From NCBI GenBank assembly GCA_013239625.1, contig MU054400.1, positions 541,146 through 605,145 of the forward strand: DNA of 64,000 nucleotides, read 5' to 3'. The notes under the pieces were generated by a model. The model had not been told where the DNA came from. It did not search any database and saw only the letters and a list, made by a program, of their open reading frames with translations. Source of the DNA: Lama guanicoe. Lineage: Eukaryota. Shown in pieces: positions 36,216-48,990 of this stretch. How positions within the stretch are numbered: position 1 is the stretch's first letter; each line of letters begins with the position of its first letter. A program made the position numbers and the translations under genes.

Positions 36216-37059
36216 CCTGTTAACTGGATGCTTATGATCATCTTGATAATGTGGGAAAGTGAGAGGGGGAGAACTATTATATTTAGAACACAAAAGTCAA
36301 GAGTTCTTCCCCAGGGAATGGTGAGGGTGAAGCTGACCCCAACAGCCTATATTTAGAGAAAAATGCCTGGCCAGTGAGTGAGGACAGGTCAGAACAATCT
36401 CCAGTCTGAAAAATGATGGGAGGGGAAAATGGAGATATATCTTCCATGTGTCCAGATAATGACCAGGCAACAGAATTGAGGGGAGGTTAGGGGTCACAGA
36501 CTTACCCCAGAACCCTCTCTGTGGCCAGAAAGTGAGGAAAAGGAACAACACTTGCTAACTGTCTTTCCCCTGGGAACATGCAGAGTCACTGAAGCTTGAC
36601 ACCAGCCTCAACATACCACCTCCCTTCCAAAGGTACCTAGAATTGGTAAATTTCTTGTTTCCAAAAGGTCCAGAAGGTCAGAAACTTTCAGGGTAACTCT
36701 GTCCATCTGTCCAAACATGAACTGAAGTTGGAGACAAAGACAGACCCAAGATAGCCTTCTCCAGCTCTTTCCACCCTTGACCTTGTCAGGTGAAAAAATT
36801 AATGCCGTGGGGAGACACCTGGAGGAGGCAGTTACAGTGCTAGCTGGACAAAGCTGGGATCTGGGTTTGACAGTTTGCCCATCCAATGATTTGCCCAGAA
36901 TAGCCCAGCTCTCTGCTTCTTCCTGCAGGCTGCCGTCAACTGGTTAGTGGCATTTCCTCTGCCCTCTCACAGTACCCTCATCTGCACCTGTCAATATACA
37001 TTTCTTTCATGCTCGTAGATCAGAAGGGCAAAGAATAGTGCCTAACACATGGTAGACAG

Positions 37060-37745
37060 TTATATCAGTTATTTATTTCTGTATAACACACCACCCCAAA
37101 ACTTAGTGTCTTAAAATTAACAATTTCTCACAGTTGTGTGGTTTGACTGGCAATTCTGGTCCCTGTGGTGTCGGCTGGGGCACAGGCACAGTTGGAAGTT
37201 CCAAAATGGCCTGACTCACAGGGCTGGCAGTTGGTGCTGGCTGGCGGCTGGGTCAGAATGCGTCACGCATGGGTCAGGGGCTTGGTTCTTCTCCATGTGG
37301 GTTTCTCCACAAAGGCCTCTCACACGGCTACTTGGGTTTCCTCACAAACTGGAGGGTGTGTTCCTAGAAGGAGCACTTTAAGAACAAGGGAAGAAGATGC
37401 ACATTCCTTATGGTCCAGCCTTAAGCATCAGTTCCACTGGTGTCTTAGTTAAAACAAATTACAGGGCAGTCCAGATGCAAGGGGAGTGGAAACAAACTCC
37501 ATCCACCAGAGGAGAGGTAAAGAATTGGCAGCCATTCTTTTTAATCCTCCGTAGTTTGCCTGGTGGCCACAAATTTAATTCCTCCCAGGTGCAAAATACA
37601 TTAATCTCTCTCCAAAATCCTCCAGAGTTTCATCCCATTATGACTTCAGGCTGAGGCTCCAGGTCCAGAATCATATCATCTAAATTAGACCCAGGTATGA
37701 TTCCTCGGGTTCAGGGACCTAGGACCTACAAAACAAATTATCTTC
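37060..37745 (-). mobile_element. MaLR (MLT1H-like) LTR plus adjacent internal sequence
   Basis: LTR end tatatcagttattt...caccaccccaaaacttagtg...; MLT1-int-like tggccacaaatttaattcctcccaggtgcaaaatacatt from about 37560. Confidence 0.65.
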
Positions 37746-38049
37746 TTCCTCTTCTTATTCCTGAGTAATTCAATCTGAAGTCCATTAGGTAGCAAAGAAC
37801 AGGGTAGGAGTCCAAATGGCACAGGCAGAGGCAGTATGTCAAAGCCCAACTGAACAAGGAGAGGAGGTGGGGTGAGGGGAGTGCCAGCCCAGCACACGGT
37901 GCCAAAGTCCAAGCAGAGTAAAGAGGGCATCCATGGAGTATTAGGGTATTAGGGGTTTCTGTGAAATAGGGCAGCCCAGTGTAGGGTATTGGGATAAAGA
38001 GACTGTCAAACACGGGGAGACAGATTAAAAGTAACTATATGTGTATATA

Positions 38050-38611
38050 TATATCTTAATATCAAAAAACCAAACAACCCAATTAAACAATTGGCAGGAG
38101 ACCTAAATAAGCATTTCTCCAAAGAAGACATACAGATGGCCAATAGGCACATGAAAAGATGCTTAGTATCGCTAATTATCAAAGAAATGCAAATCAAAAC
38201 TACAATGTGGAATCACCTCACACTGGTCAGAATGGCCATTATTAAAAAGTCTACAAATAATAAATGCTGGAGAGAGTGTGGAGAAAAAGGAACCCTCATA
38301 CACGTTGGTGGGAATGTAAAAAACTAAAAACAGAGTTATTATATGACCCAACAATCCCACTCCTGGGTGTATAGCCAGAGAAAACTAAAATTCAAAAGGT
38401 TACATGCACCCCAATGTTCATAGCAGTGCTATTTACAATAGCAAGACAAGGACGCAAACTAAATGTCCATTGGCAAATGAATAGATAAAGATATGGTGTT
38501 TGTGTGTGTATGTGTGTGTATATATATATGTGTGTGTATATATATATATATATGCACAAATAATATACACAAATATATATACATATATATAAATACAAAC
38601 ATACATGTATG

Positions 38612-38649
<38 letters not shown>

Positions 38650-39140
38650 CACGCAATGAAATACTACTTGGCCATAAAAAGAATAGAATAGTGCCACTTG
38701 CAGCAACATGAATGGACCTAGAGATTATCATATTAAGTGAAGTAGGTCAGACAGAGAAAGACAAATAACATATGATATCACTTATATGTGGAATCTTAAA
38801 GAAAAAAAAGAAAGATCCAAATGAACTTATTTACAAGGCAAAAATAGACTCACAGACATAGAAAACAAACTTATGGTTACCAAAGGGGAAAGCAGGGGGA
38901 GATAAATTAGGAGTTTGGGATTAACATATACACACTACTATATACAAAATAGATAAACAACAGGGACCTGCTTTATACCACAGGGAACTATATTCAATAT
39001 CTTGTAATAACCTATAATGGAAAAGAACCTGAAAAAGGATATGTATATTCTTTGAATAACTTTGCTTTACACCTGAAAGTAACACAACATTGTAAATCAA
39101 TTACACTTCAATAAAAAATTTTTTAAATAAAAACTTTTTG
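38050..39140 (+). mobile_element. L1 ORF2 C-terminus and 3' UTR (cetartiodactyl-type, 5'-truncated, small internal deletion)
   Basis: ORF 38091-38327 [21 protein letters not shown]...[33 protein letters not shown] is the L1 ORF2 Cys-rich domain. The 3' end reads acacaacattgtaaatcaattacacttcaataaaaaa. Confidence 0.92.
38500..38650. repeat. Compound (TG)n/(TA)n/(CA)n microsatellite inside L1
   Basis: Visible dinucleotide arrays. Confidence 0.9.
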
Positions 39141-39159
39141 TAAAAAACGTATATATAGG

Positions 39160-40170
39160 TAATGAGAGTCACCCAGGTTTCTGACTGTCAGAGAAGGGAG
39201 TTACAAATAGAGACAAGTAGAAAACTAAAATGAACTCTGATACTTTATTGGAATGGGAGAAATTGCTGTGAATTCATAGTTTTTAATACATAGATAGATA
39301 ATGAAATGAAATATAGATGTAAGTTTGTGTTTGTTTATATGTAAATAAGAGTGAATATCTGGGAGAAGTCCTGTGGGCAGAAACTTCCCAACAGCAATGA
39401 GCACATCTAGCACCTGAATCTTGGTTTCTGATTATCATTTTAGAATGAAAGGGACTAGGTATTTTTGGAGAAAAGGCTGATTTCAGGGATATCATAAGAA
39501 GAGCCTGGAAAATCTTGTGCCAGAAAGTAAGAAAGAGCTCAAAGAATGACGAGGATGTGTCAAAAGAACACAGAAATCAGTTTGAAAAGGCTCCCATTGG
39601 CCAAATCTGGAACAATTTGAGCATGAAAATAAATATTGATAGGAACAATCTACAACCAATTGAACAAAATAGGAAACCATGAGTTCATACTGATATAAAG
39701 AAAGTTGAATGCATAATGAGATATTGACATAATTTCAAAGTACCTCCCCCACAACATACTTGTAATTTCAATGAGAAACATTAGATAAATCCAAATTATG
39801 AAACAGTCTACAAAATAACCATCCTGAAATCCTAAAAAATCGTCAAAGTCATGACAATCAAGGAAAAATTGAGGAACTGTTTCCCACCGAAGGAGACCAA
39901 AGAGAAATGAATACAAAATGCATCACTGATTCTGAAGTGACTCCTTCTGCCCTGAAGAATAATTTGGGAACAGCCAGTGAAATATGACTGGGGAATAAAG
40001 ATAAGATGATAGTAGTATATTAGTGTTAATTTCTTGATTTTGATGGTTGTATTGTGGTTATGTTAGAAATATGCACATAAGATTTGGGGATAATACAGCA
40101 TCGTGTCAGAAATCTACTCTCAAATAGTCCAGAAAAGTATTTGTACTAAACTTGCAACTTTTCTGTAAGT
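39160..40170 (+). mobile_element. L1MC-type 3' region
   Basis: gaatcttggtttctg...ggctcccattggccaaatctggaacaatttgagcat...cttgcaacttttctgtaag; homologous to 16520-17690. Confidence 0.75.
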
Positions 40171-41235
40171 TATCTTCCCCCTAACACGTCTAACATACAA
40201 TGGGAAGACAGAGACAGAAAAATCACAAAGACACTCCCCCTTAAAAAGAAGTAATAAAAGGGACATAGCGGTCCTTAGGTCTTAGGGATTCTGAGATCCA
40301 GTCATACACATCACCAATTCCCCCTGCTTCAGGGAGAATGTGATTCTCTGTGGCTCTGTATCCTCTGGGCTCTTGGCTCCATCCTCTGGGTCATTCCTCC
40401 TTTCCCAGCAGAGTGATTTGTTCAGGCTGCTTCACTGGTTGCCCAGTGTCCTCATTTCATTTCGAACTGTCTTTGTCTATTTTAGTCCAGACTAGTGGTA
40501 TTTAATGCTAGTATAATTCTCTTGGCAGGGAAAAGCAAACAAACAAAAACTTTGTGGGTTTCCCATGAAACTTGTTGGGTTTCACTCCATTAGACAAAAC
40601 CTGTACCCCCAAATCTCAAGATAAGCTCCTCCCTTCATTAGGCTGTGAGTCAGGGTGCTGTGGGACAAACCCTTAAGATTCTTAGAGGCACTCTTGTCTA
40701 GCTGAGAGATCTAGAAGGCACTGCTTGAAGTCTTTCTAAGATCATAAGGACTTGTACAGTCACATCTTTGACCGTTAGTCCAAATTTTCCTGGGAGCGTC
40801 CTGGAATCAATCTTTCTGCTTGGTTTTAATTTATTTTGAGTAAACTGTTTTTGCAGTCAAAAACCTGATTGGGATTTCTTAGAACAACTAGGTGGTTTTC
40901 TGCTTCATACAGTGTTGGCTGGGGTAATAGAATGTGTGGAAGGTATAAATAAGCCTCATTCACATGGCTGAACGTTGGTGCTGGTTGCTGGCTGGGAGTT
41001 TAGCTGGAACTGTTAGCCAGAGACCTTGGTTTCCCTCCATGTGGGCCTCTCCACGTGACTGCTCAGGCTTCCTCACAGTGTGGCAGCTAGTTTCTAAGAC
41101 GGAATAGTCCCAATGCATAGGAGGGAGTGGAAGATCTTTTAAGGCCAAGTCCTGGAAGTCATTCATTGACACATCTGCCACATTCTGTTGGTCAGAACAA
41201 GTCACAGGGCCAGCCTAGATTCAAGAGGAGGGGTT
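40170..41235 (-). mobile_element. Continuation of the MaLR internal sequence and second MLT1H-like LTR
   Basis: ttatcttccccctaacacgtctaacatacaatggg appears to resume the internal sequence broken at about 37745. 40900-41235 resembles 37150-37500 (ctccatgtggg, ctcaca...ggc, tgctgg). Confidence 0.55.
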
Positions 41236-41239
41236 TTTC

Positions 41240-41660
41240 TAGGACTCCCATTGCACTTGGTGGCTAAAACAACAGAAATTTACTGGCTCACAGTTCTGGA
41301 AGCTAGAAGTCCAAACACAAGATATCAGCAGGGCCATGCTCCTTCTGAAAGTGCTGGAGAAAAAGATCCTTCCTTGCTTCTATCTTAGGTGGCTCCCAGC
41401 AGCCTTGGCATTCCTTGGCTTGTAGCTGCATCACTCCACTCTGCCTCTGTCTTCACGTGGCCTTCTTCTCCACGTGAATATTTCTGCCCCATTGATGTGT
41501 CCTCCTCTTATTAGGATGCCAGCCACTGGAAATAATGCCCACCTTAATCCAGATGACCTCATCTTGCCTTAACTAATTACACCTGCAAAGACCCTATGTC
41601 CAAATAAGGTCTAGTCTGAGGTTTTGGGTAGACATAAATTTGGGGTTGGGGGTACAATAA
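41240..41660 (-). mobile_element. MaLR solo LTR (MLT1B/C-like)
   Basis: aaacaacagaaattta...ctcacagttctggaagctagaagtccaa...gcattccttggcttgtagctgcatcactcc...gacctcatctt...ctgcaaagaccctat; the reverse of the 53858-54236 family. Confidence 0.8.
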
Positions 41661-42797
41661 TCAGTTGCCATGTGGAAAGAGCCTGCCTGAAAATTAAGCC
41701 AGAAAGGAAGCCAGGGCTATGCCCCGCTATGGCCATATCAGACTCCCCCTGGATGGATCAGTTACGTGAACTGGCAAATCCCCTCTTCCCTTTCCCCTGC
41801 TTAAGTCTGTTTGAAGTAACAGAAAGAAACCGATGACCACCTCTCCTTTTTCAAAACTGGAAAATCATTTGCACATGACGAATGTTCCAAACTTCTTCCT
41901 ACTGCACACGTCCTCCAAAAGTCTCTGACAGGGATTGAGCAATCTCACTTGGAAGTTCTCTGAGCACCTCGGATTTGCTTCAGTTGGCCAGGAAGCAAAT
42001 TTATTTTGAGCAGTTGGATGATCTCTTACAATGTCTCCCACCACAATAGAGACCACAGAGGGAAGTGGACCTGGGAATGAAGGGTTAGCACTGCCTCTAT
42101 CCCTCTATCCCTCTATCTTCTGGCCCCATTCTTGTCCCTCCTGAGAGCCAATAGCATTTCTGCCCCTGGATTCTGTGCCTCTGGATCCAATCTCCTTCTA
42201 TTGAAGTCATCCAGGTGTTGCACCAGTGAGTTTCGCATCTTTCCAATCAAAGAGACTGACAAATAGTCGTGGTCATATAACAAGTGGGGACAAAATTAGA
42301 CACCGGGAAGGGTAAGGGCTGCTGAGCCCAGGACCGGAGGTCAGTGTGGGTCACTGGCAGGTGGGTAGAGGAGAGGCCATTCCTGGCAGTAATGAAGTTT
42401 CAGGAACCAGAACAGAAACTTGCTCCCTGCAGGCAGAGTGGGCTGGGCCCTGCCCAGGCTCCCCTTGAGGCCACCGGGTTCATGCTGCCTGCCTGCCAGT
42501 CCTCAGCTGGGAATTCCCTGAGCTTCCTCACTGGGGTAGACTGGCCATGCCTGAGGACACCTGTTCCCATTAACCTCTGAGAACTGCGGTGTCCCTGCTT
42601 TATTGCCACCTGATGTTAGTCTGTCCCCTCCCAAGTGCCAATAAAGAGCTGCTGCCTGCTGGTTGTGATTCTGGCCATCTTCCCAATCACTGCGCCACTC
42701 TGTTAGTCCCTAGCTGGGATGTGTGAGGAGGAAGTTGGCCTGCAGGTTGGTTCTAAAGTCAAAGGCAATGATCCAAGCCCAGCTCTTTCATTACAGA

Positions 42798-42909
42798 TAG
42801 GATGGTCAACTTAGCCATGTTTGCCTACAAAGGTCCCTTTTAAAACTGAGAATCCTACATCCTAGGACCCCTCTCAGTTCTGGGAAAACTGAGAGTATTA
42901 ATCACTCTA
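42798..42909. mobile_element. MER94-like hAT-Blackjack MITE
   Basis: taggatggtcaac ... ttttaaaactgagaatcctacatcctaggacccctctcagttctgggaaaactg ... atcactcta, with degenerate TAGGGTGACC TIRs. Confidence 0.65.
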
Positions 42910-45900
42910 ATTATAGAGCCTCCAGGTCCTCAGTGAAAACCTGCCTTAACACTGTGCTTTGAAGGCACCGTCCCAGGTCTGGAACTCCAGACCCAACCCC
43001 TACTCTCCCCAGGATTCCCACCTCACTGGGACTTCTGAAACCACCCCATCTCTCCACAGGCCTGTAGGCAGCACGGCAAGTTAGGAGCACAGATTCTGAA
43101 GCCTCCCGTTCACTAGCTGGGTGAGCTTAGCCAAGTTCTCCAGCCTCTCAGAGCCTCTCCAGAAAAGTGGTACCAAGAACAATGCATCTACCTCATCATG
43201 TTGTTGTGGGAAAAGTGAGAATAGTGCCTCACTACGTAAAAGTGGGCAATTATTTCCATGCCTTCACTCTGATCTAGTTGGTGCCTCCTCCCACCTCACT
43301 ACTGCGCACATTTCAGAGTCCCAGTGGCGTGGCCCAGACAGTAGGACGACCCAGGCTGTCTCCAGAGGCTTCACCTGCTCCTCCCTTCCCTTGTCTCTGA
43401 GGCCGGGCCTCAGAGCAGGGCCTGATTTCTTTCATTTCTGGGCAGAATCCCCGAAGGGGAATACTCATGAGGTCCATTAGAAGGACCTGGCAGAAAGGGA
43501 TGAGTCAAGGCCCTAAATGGCTGGGTGTCCCTCTCATGTGGACAGAGGGCCCCCAGGTCTCTGGTCCCCTGCCGTCATGGTCAGCCGAGCCCCTCACCCT
43601 GCTTTCTCACACCTGTCAGCCAGAAGTATGAGATTCTAGGCCAGGAGCATTGTCCCCTGAGAATCCTGCGAACAACCATGGGACGCCTCGAGGACTGTCA
43701 ATGTGAGTGTGGCAGGGACGTGCACGGAGCCCCTGCAGACAGCTAGTCCACTCTCTGAGACCTGGAGGCGGGGGCTGTCTGCTCGCAGAGGAACCCCGGC
43801 CTGTGTTGACTTCTCCTGCCCCATTCACCGCAGGGAAGTGTATGCACCAACGCTGGCTTTGTATGTCATGATGAAAGCAAATCCCAAAGCCCTGGTGCTG
43901 GGTTTCAGGTCCTCTAAGGAGAAAACCCCAGGGGTGCCTGGAGGCCTCCCAACCTCCTCTCAGGCCAGCCACACCAGGCCAGCTCTCAAAGGCCTCTTGT
44001 GTCTGCCTTTTCTCTCATCTCTCCCCACTCTGATAAATGTCTTGGGATTAGCCCTTCTGTGTTTATTGGATGAGCAATTTGTGTCTGTCTGAAAAGCTCC
44101 GTCTGAATAATGTTTGGCACGAGCTGAAGAAATCTGATCTGCCACATTCCCCTCCAGGCAGCTCTCGAGCCAGCCATCTCCTGCCAACAGGGCTCTACAG
44201 CTCTGCAGCTGGGTCTGCAGCCTCAACATGTTCTTGTGGTGGGGAGCAGGCAGAGTCAGGAGGAGGGTGAGGGAGGCGCCTGTGGTGGCACCAGAAACCC
44301 AGAAGAAGGACAGAGGGGTAGAGCTGCCTTAGCAAATCTGCCAGTCATTGTGGAGCCCCTGCAATAATTCAGGGACATCACAGATGCCCATGGTGATCAC
44401 TGGGACCTGGGGACACGAAAACCAGGGCCCCTCTGCAGCTCAGGAGCTGGGGTAGTTACCTGGGCCCAGAGTCCCAGGTGTGAATGGCAGCAAAGGACAG
44501 GCAAAGGAGTCCAGGGGTAGCATGAACATCTCAGGCCTGGAATGGTAATTAGTGCTGGGCTCTTGAGGTTTGAGTGTTTGTGGGGCGAGGGGAGTGGTAG
44601 GGTGTCCTGAGGCTGTTTAAGTGTTTTCTGACTCCATCTCTACAGGCCCCAGAAATGGGGAAGACAGAGCTTGCAGTGACAATCAGGCAACCCAGTCATA
44701 AGGGTTGCAGAGCATAGAGGAAGAGGAAATTTGATGGGTGCAGGTGTGTCTGCAGCCTCCATCCACACTCCACCCTAGAAGCCTCTGTTGTTCCCCGTCA
44801 GCACCCTCCCTACCCCCCTGATGTTAGGGCCCAATCACTTCTCCTTGAATCCTATGACTCAGGCCTGCATCTTTCCTCCACCTCTGCCCTCCTCTCCTCA
44901 AGTCAGTGATCGGATCGAAGGCAGGACATGTCCCTGGGGCCCTAACAGCAAGCACAGAAGTGGCTGTGAGGAGGCCTCAGTCATGGTTTACTGAGTAAAG
45001 GAATGAATGAGAGAGGCTGGGAGCTCAGATTTTGGTGGTCACAGATGCACAAGAAGACAGCAAAGGAGAGGTCAGACCGAAGCAACAATGCAGGAGATGG
45101 GTTCAGGGGTGAGAACGTGGCCACAACAACACCATCCCCACAGTCTGCACTAGGCTGGGGCCATGGGGAATGCCAGCTCACGGGGACGGGCCCCCCTTGC
45201 AGCTCTTCAGTAACTGTACACAAATCTTAGTGTTCTACGTGGTTCCTTCCATTCAGATAATGTGTTTTGAATCCCTCTCTTATACCATACTCCACAGGGT
45301 ACTGTCTATCCCCTCAAACAGGAAAAAAAAACAGATGTACCCATAAAAAGGTAGGAGCAATCTGTGCTCTTACAGAGGCGTAGAGAGAAGGCTGTAAAAG
45401 TTCAGAAAAGAAAAAGGTTAATTTCACTTGAAGGAGCAAGGAAGTCTTCATGGGAATGGGGGAATGCATGAGACCTGGACCTGGGACAAACTGCATGTGC
45501 GTCCCAAGTGTACTGTTCATCACCACCCACCCACCCCACCCCATCCCCAGCACACACCCAGTTTGCTGTCCATGGCAGATTTTGCTGACTGATCCCTTTA
45601 CTCTTACTGAGCCCAGGTATGTCCATAGAATCCTTCTCAATATGGTAACACAGTCAGACCATCAGAGCAGATGCATGAAACACATTTGCCATCCGCTACC
45701 TTGGAAGCGGTATACAACGGAGACCTGCAGGAATGCGAGACAAGGCACAGAGTGAGGAGAGGCACTGTGGTGGGAATACACAGAATGCATAAGATGAAGG
45801 TGAGCGGGCTGGGCAGACTTGCAGGTAAGGTTTGTGAATAGGGAACAGCAGACCACGTGGCTAGGAAAGTAGGTTGAGGCAATTATCTGGGTTTGGGGCT

Positions 45901-46480
45901 TGCTAGGCTAAGACACGCAGGCTCAGGCCTGCGAGGGACAGAGGCAGTCACATATCTGAGCTGTGTTCAGGATGACATTCTGGCAGCAGTGGGCAGTGTG
46001 GGCTGGAATAGGGCGGAGCCGGAGGCGGGTAGACCAGTCAGACAACCATCCCAGGCAACCGGTAACAGAGCATCCTCTAAGCTCCTGAAGCACTTGGCAA
46101 AAACATCTGTTTTACATGCACCCCTCTGTCTCTCTTGGAGCTGTCTTTTGACAGCCTGATGGCCCCACAAGCCTGCAAGTTCCTTGACAGCAGGAACTGT
46201 TTGCTGCCTCTGTGGGGCCCCAGGCCTGACATGCTTCTTGGCAGGTGCTCGTTATATATTTGTGAAGTTACTGAATAGGGCAGTGAAAAAAAGAACAAGG
46301 GGCATACAGAGAAGGGCACAGATTTCCGGGTTAACATCCTGTTTAGCAAGCGCAGTTCCTTACGCCTGGCATTGGTGCAGCTGTCCTTTGGTGTGTGTGG
46401 AGAAGTAGGGGCCTGTGCGGACAGTGCCAACGGGGAAGGGACTGCATCTCAGTCCATGAAGCTGGGAATCGCCATGATTC

Positions 46481-46520
46481 GTGTGTGTGTGTATTTGTGT
46501 GTGTGTGTGTGTGTGTGTGT
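46481..46520. repeat. (GT)n microsatellite
   Basis: gtgtgtgtgtgtatttgtgtgtgtgtgtgtgtgtgtgtgt. Confidence 0.9.
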
Positions 46521-46619
46521 CCTAGAGAGATCACTGAAGATCTTTTGGCTTTTCAGAGAGAGATGGACACACAGACAGGAGACTTTATGACCTGTACTGT
46601 CCTAAGGTGCCTTAGGAAA

Positions 46620-47075
46620 TGTATTAAAATTCTTTTGATTGCAAGTGATAGAGTCTCAATGTAAGCAATCTTAGAGAAAATGGGGTATTTATTGGCTCAT
46701 AAGGTGCCTTTGGGGACAGACAGAACAAGGGTTCCAACAATGTCAGACTCCTTCTATCTCTAATGTCGGCTTCTCTCCACAGATCAGTCAGCCTCATTCT
46801 CGAAGCCGGGCTCCCTGCACAGGCCGGAACGTGGCTACCAGGAGCCTGGGTCTCACATCCGGGAGCTTCCCCACCAGAAAGGCATCAAAGGCTTCTTTTC
46901 TCCTGTCTCAATTTCATACTTCCCAGGAAAGGATTCTGATTGGCTCTGCTTGTGTCAAGAGCCAGCCTCTGGCCTTAGGCTAAACGCAGGGGCTAAGGAA
47001 GTAGGGTCATGAAAGAAGGAAAATGCTTCCACCAAAACCTCGTAGTTGAAGCGGAAAAGGGGTATTTCCCAGAGT
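46620..47075 (-). mobile_element. Old MaLR LTR (MLT1K-like)
   Basis: tgtattaaaattcttttgattgcaagtgataga...tttattggctcata...aggattctgattggctctgcttg. Confidence 0.6.
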
Positions 47076-47129
47076 CAGAGCTGGCAGTAGTCATTCTGTC
47101 CTTTGCATAAATTAACTATTCTGCACAAA

Positions 47130-47300
47130 ACCCCTAATAGGTATTACTTTTGTAATCATTATTACCCTTGAGAATTATTGCCTCAGGAAACCAAGGCACA
47201 GAGAGGGCAAGTAACTGCCATAGAACACACAGCTAGTAAATAGCACAGACGGAGCTGGGATTTCAGTCTGTTCAGCGTAGCTCCAGACCCTATATCTTCC
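47130..47300 (-). mobile_element. MIR SINE
   Basis: aggaaaccaaggcacagagagggcaagtaactgcc...acacagctagtaa. Confidence 0.7.
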
Positions 47301-47756
47301 TATTATGTTATATTGCCTATTCACTACAAAAGGAAAGAGAGCAGGGTGTAGAGCTGTGAGGAAGGAACCTAGACAATTTCTCCTGAGAAAATCCCAGGGT
47401 TGAGCTGAGGAGCCTGTGGAAAGGGATTAGTCCAATGTCACGGAAATCTGACATAAGAAACTGGAGGTATCTGAGAAGGAATGTTTCACTTTAACTTCTT
47501 TTTTCTTCCATCTTTATTGACTTAAAGTAGAGTTAGATAACGCCAAGAAAAGCAAATGAAAGAACAATGATGTCCCATTTTCACCTATTAAAAATTTAAG
47601 CAGCAGGATGATAGTCATGCTGGCAGTGGTGGGGAGATGGTTTGCTTTTAAATGGCTGGTGACAGGATAAAGATGTCCTACCAGTGGAAAACGGTTTATT
47701 TGGCCGTGAGGGTCAAGAGCTTTAAAACCCTTTACTCTTTAGAAACAGCTCATGAT

Positions 47757-47873
47757 GGGTAAGATATAGCTCAGTGGTAGAGTGCACGCTTAGCATGCAC
47801 AAGGTCCTGGGACTGAAGTAATCCCAGTACCTCCATTAACCAAAAAAAAAAAAAGAGAGAGAGAGAGAAAGGG
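47757..47873 (+). mobile_element. tRNA-derived SINE (vic-1-like) with TSD
   Basis: gatatagctcagtggtagagtgcacgcttagcatgcacaaggtcctggg...cccagtacctcca plus an A/(AG)n tail. TSD agaaacagctca at 47741-47752 and 47874-47885. Confidence 0.85.
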
Positions 47874-47889
47874 AGAAACAGCTCACGGA

Positions 47890-48590
47890 GTCACCAATTA
47901 AAACCTAACTGGTGCCTTGTGTGAGAGACACAGCTAAAATAGTGTTCCTCAGAAAGACTGAAAGTAAAAGAGAAGGAAAAAATAGAAAATAAAACAAAGA
48001 CCGCATATGCAAATACGAGCAACAAGAAAAAACAAGAGTTATAGTATTAACACCAGACACGGTTGAATTCACAGAAGATCAGAAAACAAGATATGGGAGA
48101 AAATGTTGTAATGATACAGGCTGAGAGCCACAAGGAAGATCTGCCATAAATATTTATGCACAAAACAATGTAGTATCAGAATTCACAGTGCAAAACCAAT
48201 AGGCAATACACAGAGAAATAAACAGAAATACAGTAATAGTAGAAATTTTTAATTCACCTCTCTTAGCCTATGACTGATCAACAAATCATACAATAAGTAA
48301 GGATATGGAGGACTTGAGTTCTTAAATTAGTAAAGTAGGTTGAATTAAAAGTTACCAATCTCTGTACCTTGAAAACCTGCAATATACTCTTTGTGAGTGC
48401 CTGTGGATCACTAACAAATGACCACATGTAAGGCCACAAACAAACAAACAAAATCTCAATACATTCCAAAAACTAAGATGAATATAACTAACATTCTCTA
48501 ATTTCAGTGCACGAAAACTAGAAAGTATAGCAAAAACAGAAGCTGAAAAGCAATAAAAGAGATGAAACTTAAACACGAAAAACAAGCAAA
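47890..48590 (+). mobile_element. Old L1 ORF2 endonuclease-region fragment
   Basis: aaatatttatgcac ('NIYAP'-like), acagtaatagtagaaatttttaattcacctctct ('IVGDFN'-like), gaccacatgtaaggccacaaa ('DH.LGHK'-like). Confidence 0.7.
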
Positions 48591-48599
48591 AAACTGCAC

Positions 48600-48990
48600 C
48601 TGGGTGGAGTATTATTCAGCCTTTGAAAGGAAGGAAGTCCTGACTTATGCTAGGACACGAATGAACCCTGGAGATGTTATGCTAAGTGAAATAAGCCAGT
48701 CACAAAAAGACAAACACTATATGATTCCACTCACAGGAGGCATCTAGAGTGGTCAAATTCATAGAGACAATGTAGACTCTATATAAGATATAATCCCATC
48801 AGGGGCTGGGAGGAGTGAGGAATGGGAAGCTGCTGTTTAGTGGATACAGAGTTTCAGTTTTGCAAAATGAAAAAGTTCATCTTGTATACTGCACAGCAAT
48901 GTGATTGTACTAAACACGATTGGACTGTGTGTTTGAAAATGGTTGAGATGATCGATTTTGTGTTGTATGTATTTTAAGAAATTCTCTCTT
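48600..48990 (+). mobile_element. L1MB-like 3' end
   Basis: ggagtattattcagcctttgaaaggaaggaa...atgctaagtgaaataagccagtcacaaaaagacaaa...tacagagtttcagttttgcaa. Confidence 0.8.

Noticed and set aside
38091..38327. 78-aa ORF with clear protein similarity
   Set aside because: L1 ORF2 C-terminal fragment in a truncated element; not a host gene.
38392..38731. Several ORFs rich in CV/YI/HT repeats (also 46343-46664 and 49877-50244)
   Set aside because: Translations of dinucleotide microsatellites.
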